Positions 56,089 through 64,000 of a stretch of 64,000 nt of DNA are shown here, piece after piece. The position numbers and the translations under genes were made by a program. This DNA comes from a virus. Taxonomy: Duplodnaviria; Caudoviricetes. Position 1 is the stretch's first letter. Each line of letters starts with the position of its first letter. The stretch covers positions 1-64,000 of IMG/VR virus record IMGVR_UViG_3300029288_000118; one strand, 5' to 3'. The notes under the pieces were generated by a model, which saw only the letters and a list, made by a program, of their open reading frames with translations, ran no database searches and was not told where the DNA came from.

Positions 56089-58143
56089 ATGAAAAAACTT
56101 ATTTTAATCTTAGCGGTATTATTGTTCACCTTGCCGGCATATTCGCAATGGGTGAGAAAGAATTCGGGAGGCACGGTTTCAACAACTGGTACTCGGATAA
56201 ATCTACAGCGGAGCACCGATACATTACAATTAAACCTTACTAATACTATATTGAGTGGACAGGTTCCAGGAGATTTAATACCGAGATATACAGATACATA
56301 TAGTCTCGGTTCGTCCACAAACTTGTGGTTGAAAGGATGGCTTTCAGAAATAGAAGCTGTATTATTTGCTGAAAATACTATCACGGTATTCGGCGGATAT
56401 TCCTATATAACAAAAGATGCTGGTACGATTCAAACTGATGTTGAATCAGGAACTACTACGATTGATTTTGGTAGGACAATGACTCCCAATGATTTTGTTG
56501 TATTAAGAAATTCTGGAGAGGTTGAATACATACAGGTAGGTTCGTTAGTATCGGGCACAGCCTACAATGTAACTCGTGATCTTGATGGGACAGGTGCTAA
56601 TAGTTGGGCGCAAGGGACTCCATTTGCTGTTTTAGGATATAATGGGACTGGTCGAATAGAAATGAAGTCCGGTTCAAGCGCAGGTGATACAAGAATAAGT
56701 TTATTTACACAGGGAACTACTTATAATGATCAAATAGAAAGACTGAGACTCGGTGATTTAAACCAATTGGCGGGTTATTCTACAACACATTATGGAATGT
56801 GGGGAGGAGCTGGGACAAAAACATATTTTTATATTGCAGATGATTCTACGGCGCAAATAGCTGGATATAACTTTAATGATACATCAATGTACTCTGGAGT
56901 TGGAGAGTATGGCAATTCAAATACTCCGTTTTTTCAAAGTTCTTCAGGCAGATTTTCTTTAGGGGACAAATTGACATGGGATGGTACGACTCTCGGTTTA
57001 ACGGGAGAAATAGTTGTTTCAGGCACATATAGCTGGGACTCATTAGCAGATAAACCTACAACGCTTGGAGAGATCAGTCCGACAGAAGCATCGAAGTTGG
57101 CTGGGATTGCCAGTGGAGCGACTGTGGGGGCTACATGGGGAACGGATCTTTCTGGAATACCAAGTCATTTAGCAACAACTGCACCGGACAACTCTCTCTC
57201 TATAACGTCTACATTTATGGGTTTTCATGCAACTGGAACTAATTGGCCAATAAAGATTGCGAACGACGGTGGCGTAGGGAAGTTTTATGCAGGTGATGGA
57301 TCCAGCAAATTCATCGATTGGAATGGAAGTGATTTAACGGTTCAAGGTAATATATATACTTCTTCGGGTGCAAAGAGAACGATATTAAGTAGTTCAACTA
57401 ATGAATTGTCTTTTTATGAATCTTCGGCAGAAAAAGTCCGTATTGGTTCTGGAGTATTCGGATCAAATTCGGGTGTTCTTGTCAATAACGGTGTGGTATA
57501 TTCTTTAACAACACTTGCAGATGAACCAGCAATATATGCATCAGCAAATAATGCATCTTGGGCAACCGGAGGAAGATTCGGCGCGACTGGAGCTGGCAAT
57601 AATAAAGCTATAACATCAAGTGCAACTGGTGGAGCTTATAATTATTCTTTTTATGGATATTCAGGTGATATATATAATGCTGGAAATATAAACATAGGTT
57701 CAGGTTATAATTATAAGATTAATGGCACAAATTTATCCGCTGCAAACGTAGGAGCTATTGCTTTAGGAGGGGCATATACTGATTTAGATGGATACAGTAA
57801 AATAGGCACGGGTTCGACTCAAGTTGCAAGAGGTAATCATACTCATACTGGGGTTTATGAGCCTGCTTTTAGTGTATTGTCCTGGTCAAAAGGTGGTACT
57901 GGTAATAATTCATTTACATCTGGTCAAATAATAATAGCAGATAATTATGGAGACGGATATTTTACATCATCTGGTTATTATCCTACCAGTTTTGCGCCAG
58001 CAACACAGGGAGCAACCTTCGGGACCCATGATTATGCTGGATACTATGTTGCATTATCCAGCGGTGGTTCTGTAACAAAGCAATTAGAATATGTAGCAGT
58101 CACAATAAACGGAGTAACATATAATTTCTTAATAAAAAATTAA
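56089..58143 (+). CDS. Tail fibre-like protein with Sec signal peptide
   Basis: ATG 56089 after AAGGAG; MKKLILILAVLLFTLPAYS|Q; Gly/Ser/Thr-rich; KLAGIASGATVGATWG; GNHTH. Confidence 0.75.
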   Translation: MKKLILILAVLLFTLPAYSQWVRKNSGGTVSTTGTRINLQRSTDTLQLNLTNTILSGQVPGDLIPRYTDTYSLGSSTNLWLKGWLSEIEAVLFAENTITVFGGYSYITKDAGTIQTDVESGTTTIDFGRTMTPNDFVVLRNSGEVEYIQVGSLVSGTAYNVTRDLDGTGANSWAQGTPFAVLGYNGTGRIEMKSGSSAGDTRISLFTQGTTYNDQIERLRLGDLNQLAGYSTTHYGMWGGAGTKTYFYIADDSTAQIAGYNFNDTSMYSGVGEYGNSNTPFFQSSSGRFSLGDKLTWDGTTLGLTGEIVVSGTYSWDSLADKPTTLGEISPTEASKLAGIASGATVGATWGTDLSGIPSHLATTAPDNSLSITSTFMGFHATGTNWPIKIANDGGVGKFYAGDGSSKFIDWNGSDLTVQGNIYTSSGAKRTILSSSTNELSFYESSAEKVRIGSGVFGSNSGVLVNNGVVYSLTTLADEPAIYASANNASWATGGRFGATGAGNNKAITSSATGGAYNYSFYGYSGDIYNAGNINIGSGYNYKINGTNLSAANVGAIALGGAYTDLDGYSKIGTGSTQVARGNHTHTGVYEPAFSVLSWSKGGTGNNSFTSGQIIIADNYGDGYFTSSGYYPTSFAPATQGATFGTHDYAGYYVALSSGGSVTKQLEYVAVTINGVTYNFLIKN

Positions 58144-58158
58144 AAGAGGAGAAACATC

Positions 58159-58470
58159 ATGAAAAAGATTATCGGTCTACAAATATTATTAATTATTGCC
58201 GGCACGATCTTGTTTGCGCAAGACAAGCAAAATATCAGTATTGCGAAAAAAGATACGTCGGTTTGGGTTAAAAAATCAATTCAAGAGAATTTTGTTCAAT
58301 CGAAACTTAAAGAGCTTAATCAAATGCAGGTACAATTAGACGCGAGGAAGAAAGCTGTCGACGCAGATCAAAAAGCTATTGATGGAGCTATAAAGTATTA
58401 TGAAGGTCAAATGGATCTGATTAATTTATTGTCGGATTCAGTGCTGGTAGACAAGAGGAAATTAGAGTAA
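58159..58470 (+). CDS. Coiled-coil protein with signal peptide (fibre chaperone candidate)
   Basis: MKKIIGLQILLIIAGTILFA|Q; heptad-like segment; follows fibre gene. Confidence 0.6.
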   Translation: MKKIIGLQILLIIAGTILFAQDKQNISIAKKDTSVWVKKSIQENFVQSKLKELNQMQVQLDARKKAVDADQKAIDGAIKYYEGQMDLINLLSDSVLVDKRKLE

Positions 58471-58477
58471 TAATAAA

Positions 58478-58972
58478 ATGTCTGAGCAAATTTATAGACG
58501 TGCGAATATATTAAAGTCTTTTCAGACTCTTTTGAAGTATGATGCTTTTTCAAAGCATGATAACGACAGATTCCCCCTTCCTCTTGTCGCTTATTATGAT
58601 CCAGACATCGAAGAAGTTACCTATGTCACAGAGGCAAACAAACTGCCTATTACGGCAACCGTAAACCTGCTTGCGAACGAATTGAAGATCATTGCTCAGG
58701 GTACAGTCACGATTGCAGAAGCAGGCACGCCAGTGGCATTGCCGTCAAACACGAGCGCGAAAGCCGTGATTGTCTATAATGGAAACTCAACTGGAGTAAT
58801 AATTGTCGTGGGTAAAGCTACAATAGATGCTGTTTCGGAACCGCCTGTAGGACTACCGCTTGTTTTTCCATACTCTAACAGCGGTGTATTGAGAGTAATG
58901 GCTAATAGCAATGAGATATATGTAGATGCAAGCATAAACGGTACAAAATTAACTTACAGCATATTAGGTTAA
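58478..58972 (+). CDS. Virion-associated protein, paralogue of 37473..37925
   Basis: Shared motifs and near-identical DNA patches. Confidence 0.7.
   Translation: MSEQIYRRANILKSFQTLLKYDAFSKHDNDRFPLPLVAYYDPDIEEVTYVTEANKLPITATVNLLANELKIIAQGTVTIAEAGTPVALPSNTSAKAVIVYNGNSTGVIIVVGKATIDAVSEPPVGLPLVFPYSNSGVLRVMANSNEIYVDASINGTKLTYSILG
58721..58780 (+). repeat. 60-bp repeat, copy 2
   Basis: 58/60 identical to 37671-37730. Confidence 0.9.
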
Positions 58973-59931
58973 TGATGAATACGAGAGATACATTATTATA
59001 CAGTATAGCTACGGAATTGCAATTATTGCGAGACTATATAAACAGGCTTCCAAAGGTTAAAGAAAGTAGCATAGGTGGACAACTATGGACAGATTTTTTA
59101 AAAATATTTCTCAGTAGAAGAGAAGAAAAAACAAATTATGCTTTTCCCAGCAAAACCACAGCATTGTTACACAATCTTTTTGGCGATTGTGATACCGATG
59201 AAATAGGAGATCCAATAAGTATTTTAGATTTTGAAAAAGCGACCTATGCTATCCATAAAGCACGAGGGACAGAAAATGGGATATTAGCCGATATTAAAAG
59301 AATCTGTAACAGTGTCAACGTAGAAGTAAGAGGATATCCACAAAGTCAATGTGGTTGGATAGGGGATGTTACAAGCCCGGAATTTGCGTGGAAAATTCTG
59401 GACGATACAGGAGGGAAGATCACGTTTGATTTGCCAGCAGATGGAGGTGAATTCGGGGATACTCCATCCGAGACTGTTGATGGTGGTTCCTTCGGTATAC
59501 CAATAACTGAACCCGGAATAATAGAATTTATATTCACAGAGAATGCAACAACGATATTAGCGTTACTCGGTATAACAGAAAACTGGGAAGATTTAGACGG
59601 TATAACGGAAATAATGGTCACAACGGAACAAGCGAGCAGTGTTTTATTCTCTGGATTGGGCACATTATCAATGTTCGGCAAAACACTGGAACAGATAGAA
59701 GATTATTTTTCAGCCGATATGTATATAAACGCAAAGGCATTGATCAGTGTAAATGCGCTTATTTATGATCCTGACAACTCATTGTGTTATATGGATTTAG
59801 ACAACATGGTTCTTATTGATGCAGAGAATAATGGTGGAAGATCATCTTTAGAGATAGAAAATATTATAAGACATGATTTTGTGCCCATAAAGTATAATAT
59901 AAAAACAAACATTGAAAGAGTGCCAGTATGA
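58972..59931 (+). CDS. Baseplate wedge protein (P2 gpI-like)
   Basis: IHKARGTENGI motif; C-terminal IIRHDFVPI. Confidence 0.5.
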   Translation: MMNTRDTLLYSIATELQLLRDYINRLPKVKESSIGGQLWTDFLKIFLSRREEKTNYAFPSKTTALLHNLFGDCDTDEIGDPISILDFEKATYAIHKARGTENGILADIKRICNSVNVEVRGYPQSQCGWIGDVTSPEFAWKILDDTGGKITFDLPADGGEFGDTPSETVDGGSFGIPITEPGIIEFIFTENATTILALLGITENWEDLDGITEIMVTTEQASSVLFSGLGTLSMFGKTLEQIEDYFSADMYINAKALISVNALIYDPDNSLCYMDLDNMVLIDAENNGGRSSLEIENIIRHDFVPIKYNIKTNIERVPV

Positions 59932-60317
59932 AAAAGTTATTTTTATTATTTGTGACAATGATTGTCTGCACAATAGATGCATCTGGACAATCTAATGTAG
60001 AGTATACCCCTAATTTCAAATTCAGAACTATCAAAAAAGGATATACAGGGGATTGGGCTGGATCCCAGAGGGACACAACGGCAAACAGCGGATTAAACTA
60101 CAATGCATTAATGAATGAAATATTGTGGAGTATGATATTTACATCGACTTATTCAGTGAATCAAACACTGAAAGACTCGGTATTAAACGGTGGTCGATTA
60201 CAGCTTCATACGATAGTAGCTGGAGATAGTGTGTTTGGCAGGATATTCGTGCGAGATACCGATACAACTCTCGTGTTTTGGAATGGAGGATGGAAAGTGA
60301 TTAAAGATTTAAGGTAG
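59928..60317 (+). CDS. Tail-region protein with signal peptide
   Basis: MKKLFLLFVTMIVCTIDASG|Q; YTPNFKF; GRIFVRDTD.TLVFWNGGW. Confidence 0.65.
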   Translation: MKKLFLLFVTMIVCTIDASGQSNVEYTPNFKFRTIKKGYTGDWAGSQRDTTANSGLNYNALMNEILWSMIFTSTYSVNQTLKDSVLNGGRLQLHTIVAGDSVFGRIFVRDTDTTLVFWNGGWKVIKDLR

Positions 60318-60356
60318 CTTAATTAATTATTCAACAACTAATTTAAAGGTGTTATC

Positions 60357-61013
60357 ATGAAAAAGATAGCAATTACTTTATTATTCCTTATCGGAATAAT
60401 TTCACTATCAGCTTCTCAGAACTTGCTGATAAAAACGAATGAGGGATGGAAAGCTCTTGACGGTACATTCAATTATGATAATAATAATATTTCCATACCT
60501 CAGCCAGTTACAGAGGGAGTGATATTGCCTTCGGCAAGTACTCATATTTGGGCTGCTGGTGGCTCAGTGATCGCTGATACGCTGGGGACGGACGTTTCTT
60601 GCTCTAATGGAGCACGATATTGGGTAGAACTCATGATCCCTTATAATGTGACATTGACAGGCTTGTCTTATTTAGTAGGCTCAGTGGGCGGGACTGATTC
60701 TGTGGTAGTTCAGTTATGTAGTTCAACAGGAGTTGAGGTTGCGACTTCACGAGCACCTGGTTCTGCTGCCGTAATAGTAGGAACCGCAAAACAATTTCAG
60801 AGCGTTCCGTTTACTACGCCTTATGTGGCTAAAGCAGGTCTGTATTATGCAACAGTACAATTTAATGGCACGACAGCAAAATTCAGGACATATTCAGTGC
60901 CAGGAAGCAAGTTTATAGGTGCTTCAGCGGCCGGGACCTGGCAAACGAAAGCCAACATTACGCCAGGAACGACGTTCACGGTGGATAAAGCACCTATCAT
61001 AATAACGTATTAA
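60357..61013 (+). CDS. Tail-region beta-sandwich protein with signal peptide
   Basis: MKKIAITLLFLIGIISLSAS|Q; beta-rich. Confidence 0.65.
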   Translation: MKKIAITLLFLIGIISLSASQNLLIKTNEGWKALDGTFNYDNNNISIPQPVTEGVILPSASTHIWAAGGSVIADTLGTDVSCSNGARYWVELMIPYNVTLTGLSYLVGSVGGTDSVVVQLCSSTGVEVATSRAPGSAAVIVGTAKQFQSVPFTTPYVAKAGLYYATVQFNGTTAKFRTYSVPGSKFIGASAAGTWQTKANITPGTTFTVDKAPIIITY

Positions 61014-61043
61014 ATATTTAACGAGAAAGAAAAAGGTGAGCTT

Positions 61044-62702
61044 ATGCAAGGCGGATTATTCAATAAATCGGGGTTATTTATAACCCTTAAAATGCTTGAT
61101 ACTGCATTTAATCTAAGAAGCGAGGCATTGAGTGCTATGTTTGAAAAAATGTCTTCTCAATACGGAATTATTCTTCAGAGAAGTCAATCCGCCTTGCTGA
61201 GAACAAATATCTTAACAGGAAACAATACAAATTTTGCTGCTGGTCTAGGTGACTGGAGTGGTTCAGGTACAACTTGGGATAGTGTTGGTAACAGGATGAA
61301 GATTACAAGTGGTATAGCAACCATCTATTTAAACTTATTGGCGTACGGTTATGGGACATACAGGATATCTTTCACGATGGCAACTGGATCAGTCCATTAC
61401 GTGAGATTGAACGGAGAGCTTGTTACTTTTTCTTCTGGCAGCTCCATATCTTGGACTGGACTCATTACTATCACATCTGGGAATCTGGCTAATATGTCAT
61501 TAAGTATTGAAGCGGATACTGGAGCGATACTATATGTAGATAATATTGTATTCGAGGCATTAAATACTTTTGTGAACTCAGATGATGGCTTCTGTTCTAT
61601 CGATGGCACAGACGTGGAAATAAAAGCGTTTGATGCGATAGTTAAAGACACGGATGGCATGATGAAATCAATAATCGTTCCCAGTGATGATAGTATTGAT
61701 TTTAATGGAACGCATGCAGATGGAACATGGAAAGTTCTTGCGCAGGTTAAGAAGGTTTATAATGAAGAGGGGACTATAGCATTTACTAACGGGAGCAAGA
61801 ATGTAACAGGGACGGGCACGGAATTCACGAAACGTCTCGGCAGGAGAATGAAACTCGTTATAGTAGATAGCACTTTAGGTAACGATGGTGTGTATGAGAT
61901 ATCAACAATAACGGATGATACCCATCTCGTATTAAAAAATACATACACAGGTACATCAGAAAGTGATTTACCTTTTTCTTCAGGCGCAGTATTTCCGGAT
62001 GTGAGTTTCCTACCAGCTACATATTCAGAGTACAGAGCTTATGAAATGGAATCTTATGAATTCGTAGTAACTCAGGATGCCGTAGGTTCACATCAAATAT
62101 ATTTATGCGATGTTGTAATAGCCGGAGGCGTACCAGTTTCAGTAGAAGACAAGAGAACGGCTTTTACATTGTCTCCTCATGCACATTATTTGTCGGACAT
62201 AACAGATTTTATGGTTAAAGCTGGAAAAATCTTAGGAGAAGGAACGGGCAAAGCGGTTGACGGTGCTACAGTAGTAGTGAATGAAGCTGGCGAATTAGCT
62301 GTGGACTCAGACGGGCTGGTTGACGATGATACGATAGAGGTTGACGACGATGGAAAACTTGCATTAAAAAGTTTAGGCTATCAAATATATTGGGCAAAAA
62401 TTACACAATCCGGCACTGCTGATCCAAGTTTAATAGTAGTTAAAAACGATCTCGATGGAGCTGCACCAGCGTTTACCCGTCACACGAATGGAGAATATTA
62501 TGCGGACTTTGAAGGCGGTGCGGACGTTAATAAAGTGTTTGCCAGAATAAACCAAGCGAGGGGAGCACAAAAAGTATTGCAAAGTGACGTTGTATATTAT
62601 TCCGGGAAGATGAGAGTTTGGATATACTCACTTAATTCAAGTTTTGTAGTTGCCGACAGTTTGTTGACTGGTGACTTGTTAGAGATTGTTGTTATGCCCT
62701 AA
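61044..62702 (+). CDS. Baseplate-anchored tail fibre protein
   Basis: Carbohydrate-binding-like segment; GTIAFTNGSKNVTGTGTEFT; HAH; VDDDTI repeats; C-terminal tip domain. Confidence 0.7.
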   Translation: MQGGLFNKSGLFITLKMLDTAFNLRSEALSAMFEKMSSQYGIILQRSQSALLRTNILTGNNTNFAAGLGDWSGSGTTWDSVGNRMKITSGIATIYLNLLAYGYGTYRISFTMATGSVHYVRLNGELVTFSSGSSISWTGLITITSGNLANMSLSIEADTGAILYVDNIVFEALNTFVNSDDGFCSIDGTDVEIKAFDAIVKDTDGMMKSIIVPSDDSIDFNGTHADGTWKVLAQVKKVYNEEGTIAFTNGSKNVTGTGTEFTKRLGRRMKLVIVDSTLGNDGVYEISTITDDTHLVLKNTYTGTSESDLPFSSGAVFPDVSFLPATYSEYRAYEMESYEFVVTQDAVGSHQIYLCDVVIAGGVPVSVEDKRTAFTLSPHAHYLSDITDFMVKAGKILGEGTGKAVDGATVVVNEAGELAVDSDGLVDDDTIEVDDDGKLALKSLGYQIYWAKITQSGTADPSLIVVKNDLDGAAPAFTRHTNGEYYADFEGGADVNKVFARINQARGAQKVLQSDVVYYSGKMRVWIYSLNSSFVVADSLLTGDLLEIVVMP

Positions 62703-62790
62703 AGATAATAATTAGAGCACGAATCAGGTCTCTATTGGGTTACATATTATATTATAGTACATTATATTACAGTACATAACAAAGATTACT

Positions 62791-63204
62791 ATGGCTGATA
62801 TTAATTTATCGTTCAAGAAAACATTTAAAAACGAGGGTGGTTATACTCATAACTCTCATGACACAGGGAAAGAAACATATAAAGGCATCAGTATCGTATT
62901 TAATCCTGACTGGCCGGGTTGGAAGATAATACACAAAACAATTAAATCTCTGGGAATCAATAACACACTCGATTGTTCATTATCAACGAGAACAAAAATT
63001 GATAATGCTCTTGAGAATCTACCTGAATTACAAGAGCAGGTTATAAAACTCTACAAAGTTAAATACTGGGATCCACTTAATCTCGATAACGAGCCAAATC
63101 AGATTATTGCTGATTCAGTATTTGATAGCGCGGTATTGATAGGAGTTATGCGAGAAAAAAAATCTATAGAAGATGCAAGGAAGAAAGCCGATGAAATCAT
63201 TTAA
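62791..63204 (+). CDS. Endolysin, glycoside hydrolase family 108 (catalytic domain only)
   Basis: NEGGY...DTGKETYKGIS...YKVKYW...VFDSAV..G. Confidence 0.85.
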   Translation: MADINLSFKKTFKNEGGYTHNSHDTGKETYKGISIVFNPDWPGWKIIHKTIKSLGINNTLDCSLSTRTKIDNALENLPELQEQVIKLYKVKYWDPLNLDNEPNQIIADSVFDSAVLIGVMREKKSIEDARKKADEII

Positions 63205-63517
63205 TATATGCATACTTATAATTACTGCTTTATTCACAGGTTGTTTTCAGAAAAGTAATAATACCTATCCTCAGAGCAGAGAACTCAAAATGATTGATAG
63301 TCTGAAAACAGTGATAGCTCAAAAAGACTCCGCTTATAATGAATTAAAAAACGATTATAAAGCCTGGATTACTCTAACATTTGACACAGAAAATCATTGC
63401 CTTGTATTTGCCGAATCTGTTAAAAAAAACCCAAAAAACACTGTATTTATAGTAGGTTGGACAAAAAGGACATTCAACTGGGCGCACGAGTGGAAAAAAA
63501 ATAAAAAAATAACTTGA
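63191..63517 (+). CDS. Lipoprotein overlapping endolysin end (spanin candidate)
   Basis: In-frame ATG 63191: MKSFNICILIITALFTG|C; coiled coil. Confidence 0.6.
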   Translation: MKSFNICILIITALFTGCFQKSNNTYPQSRELKMIDSLKTVIAQKDSAYNELKNDYKAWITLTFDTENHCLVFAESVKKNPKNTVFIVGWTKRTFNWAHEWKKNKKIT

Positions 63518-63541
63518 CAATAAAAAGATATCTTTTATATT
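63514..63541 (+). promoter_or_regulatory. Sigma70-like promoter with palindromic spacer
   Basis: TTGACA 63514-19, TATATT 63536-41; perfect palindrome AAAAGATATCTTTT 63523-36. Confidence 0.6.
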
Positions 63542-63578
63542 ACTTGTTGTTAATAACAAGTAAGTAAAGGATAAAACG

Positions 63579-63767
63579 ATGTCAAGAACCATTAACCCCT
63601 CCAAATTTAAAAAACTGAGAAAGAAACTTGGATTATCAATTCAGGCTGTCGCGCTGGAGATGATGAATCAAGTATCGTTCAGCACACTTTACAACTTCGA
63701 GCACGGAATGCCTGTTAGCGATAAAACAAAAGAAGAAATAAATAAATGGATAACAACAAAAAATTAA
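63579..63767 (+). CDS. XRE/Cro-like HTH protein
   Basis: FKKLRKKLGLSIQAVA...VSFSTLYNFEHG. Confidence 0.8.
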   Translation: MSRTINPSKFKKLRKKLGLSIQAVALEMMNQVSFSTLYNFEHGMPVSDKTKEEINKWITTKN

Positions 63768-63792
63768 CCATACAACGTAAAGGAGAAAAACG

Positions 63793-64000
63793 ATGAAAAC
63801 ACTGATCTATATACTTGCCGTAATAGCACTACTGTCGTTTACATCATGTGAAAAAGAATATCCGGTATACATCCAAAAAGAACCCGAATATAAAATGTGC
63901 ACGGGTTTTATTTCTCAATACGGCACAGACGATCCGATAGTAACAACCACGTATAATACTCTTCCCGGCGAAATAAGATGGAAAAGGTTCGCTGTAGGCA
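63793..64000 (+). CDS. Lipoprotein with tail-fibre-tip-like domain (partial)
   Basis: AAGGAG RBS; MKTLIYILAVIALLSFTS|CEKE...YKMCTGFISQYGTDDP; open to window end. Confidence 0.7.
   Translation, partial: MKTLIYILAVIALLSFTSCEKEYPVYIQKEPEYKMCTGFISQYGTDDPIVTTTYNTLPGEIRWKRFAVG

Larger units (their letters stand above)
1..64000 (+). mobile_element. Myovirus-type phage or prophage segment (SPO1/Herelleviridae-like morphogenesis module)
   Basis: Co-oriented portal, prohead protease, capsid, sheath, tube, tape measure, baseplate J and endolysin genes; dense small ORFs; no host housekeeping operons. Confidence 0.95.

Noticed and set aside
37671-58780. Repeat pair differing only by A/G, resembling a DGR template/variable pair
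   Set aside because: Differences are synonymous third-position transitions, both copies lie within paralogous genes, and no reverse transcriptase is in the window.
534-63604. Many short minus-strand and alternate-frame ORFs in the track
   Set aside because: They overlap well-supported + strand genes and show no motifs; only 22961..23497 is accepted on the minus strand.
1-64000. Stop-codon reassignment or tRNA genes
   Set aside because: Genes tile densely under the standard code with TAA, TAG and TGA all used as stops; no cloverleaf seen by eye (tRNAscan not run).

Overview
A 64 kb piece of a contractile-tailed (myovirus) phage or prophage with SPO1/Herelleviridae-style morphogenesis genes, almost all on the + strand. 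About 1-15.5 kb holds small accessory genes (DUF4326, EndoVII, ASCH, GroES-like, MmcB-like nuclease, GT9, a ubiquitin-like fusion) interleaved with the portal and a MuF-like head protein. Two giant polyvalent proteins occupy 15.5-28.6 kb (ddrB-ParB, JAB, ART-PolyVal, InPase; LPD5, metallopeptidase, LPD1), with an antisense HNH gene between them. Prohead protease/scaffold, major capsid, neck, sheath, tube, chaperones, tape measure, baseplate and fibres run from 30 to 62.7 kb, followed by a GH108 endolysin, lipoproteins and an HTH gene. No terminase, integrase, tRNA or CRISPR array was recognised. Main observations: (1) a recurring Lys-Ser motif, matching the likely capsid maturation site, sits at the domain boundaries of the giant proteins, often just before beta-clamp-like motifs, suggesting head-packaged polyproteins cut into separate effectors; (2) six structural-region proteins, including a beta-helix spike and a fibre, carry Sec signal peptides with Gln at +1; (3) a lipoprotein resembles the tail-fibre tip; (4) a ubiquitin-like decoy candidate co-occurs with JAB and DUF6527 proteins; (5) a +1 frameshift candidate (UCC UUU CGC) in the tail chaperone; (6) a duplicated 25-bp late-promoter box. 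All family assignments are from motif recognition by eye; no searches were run.
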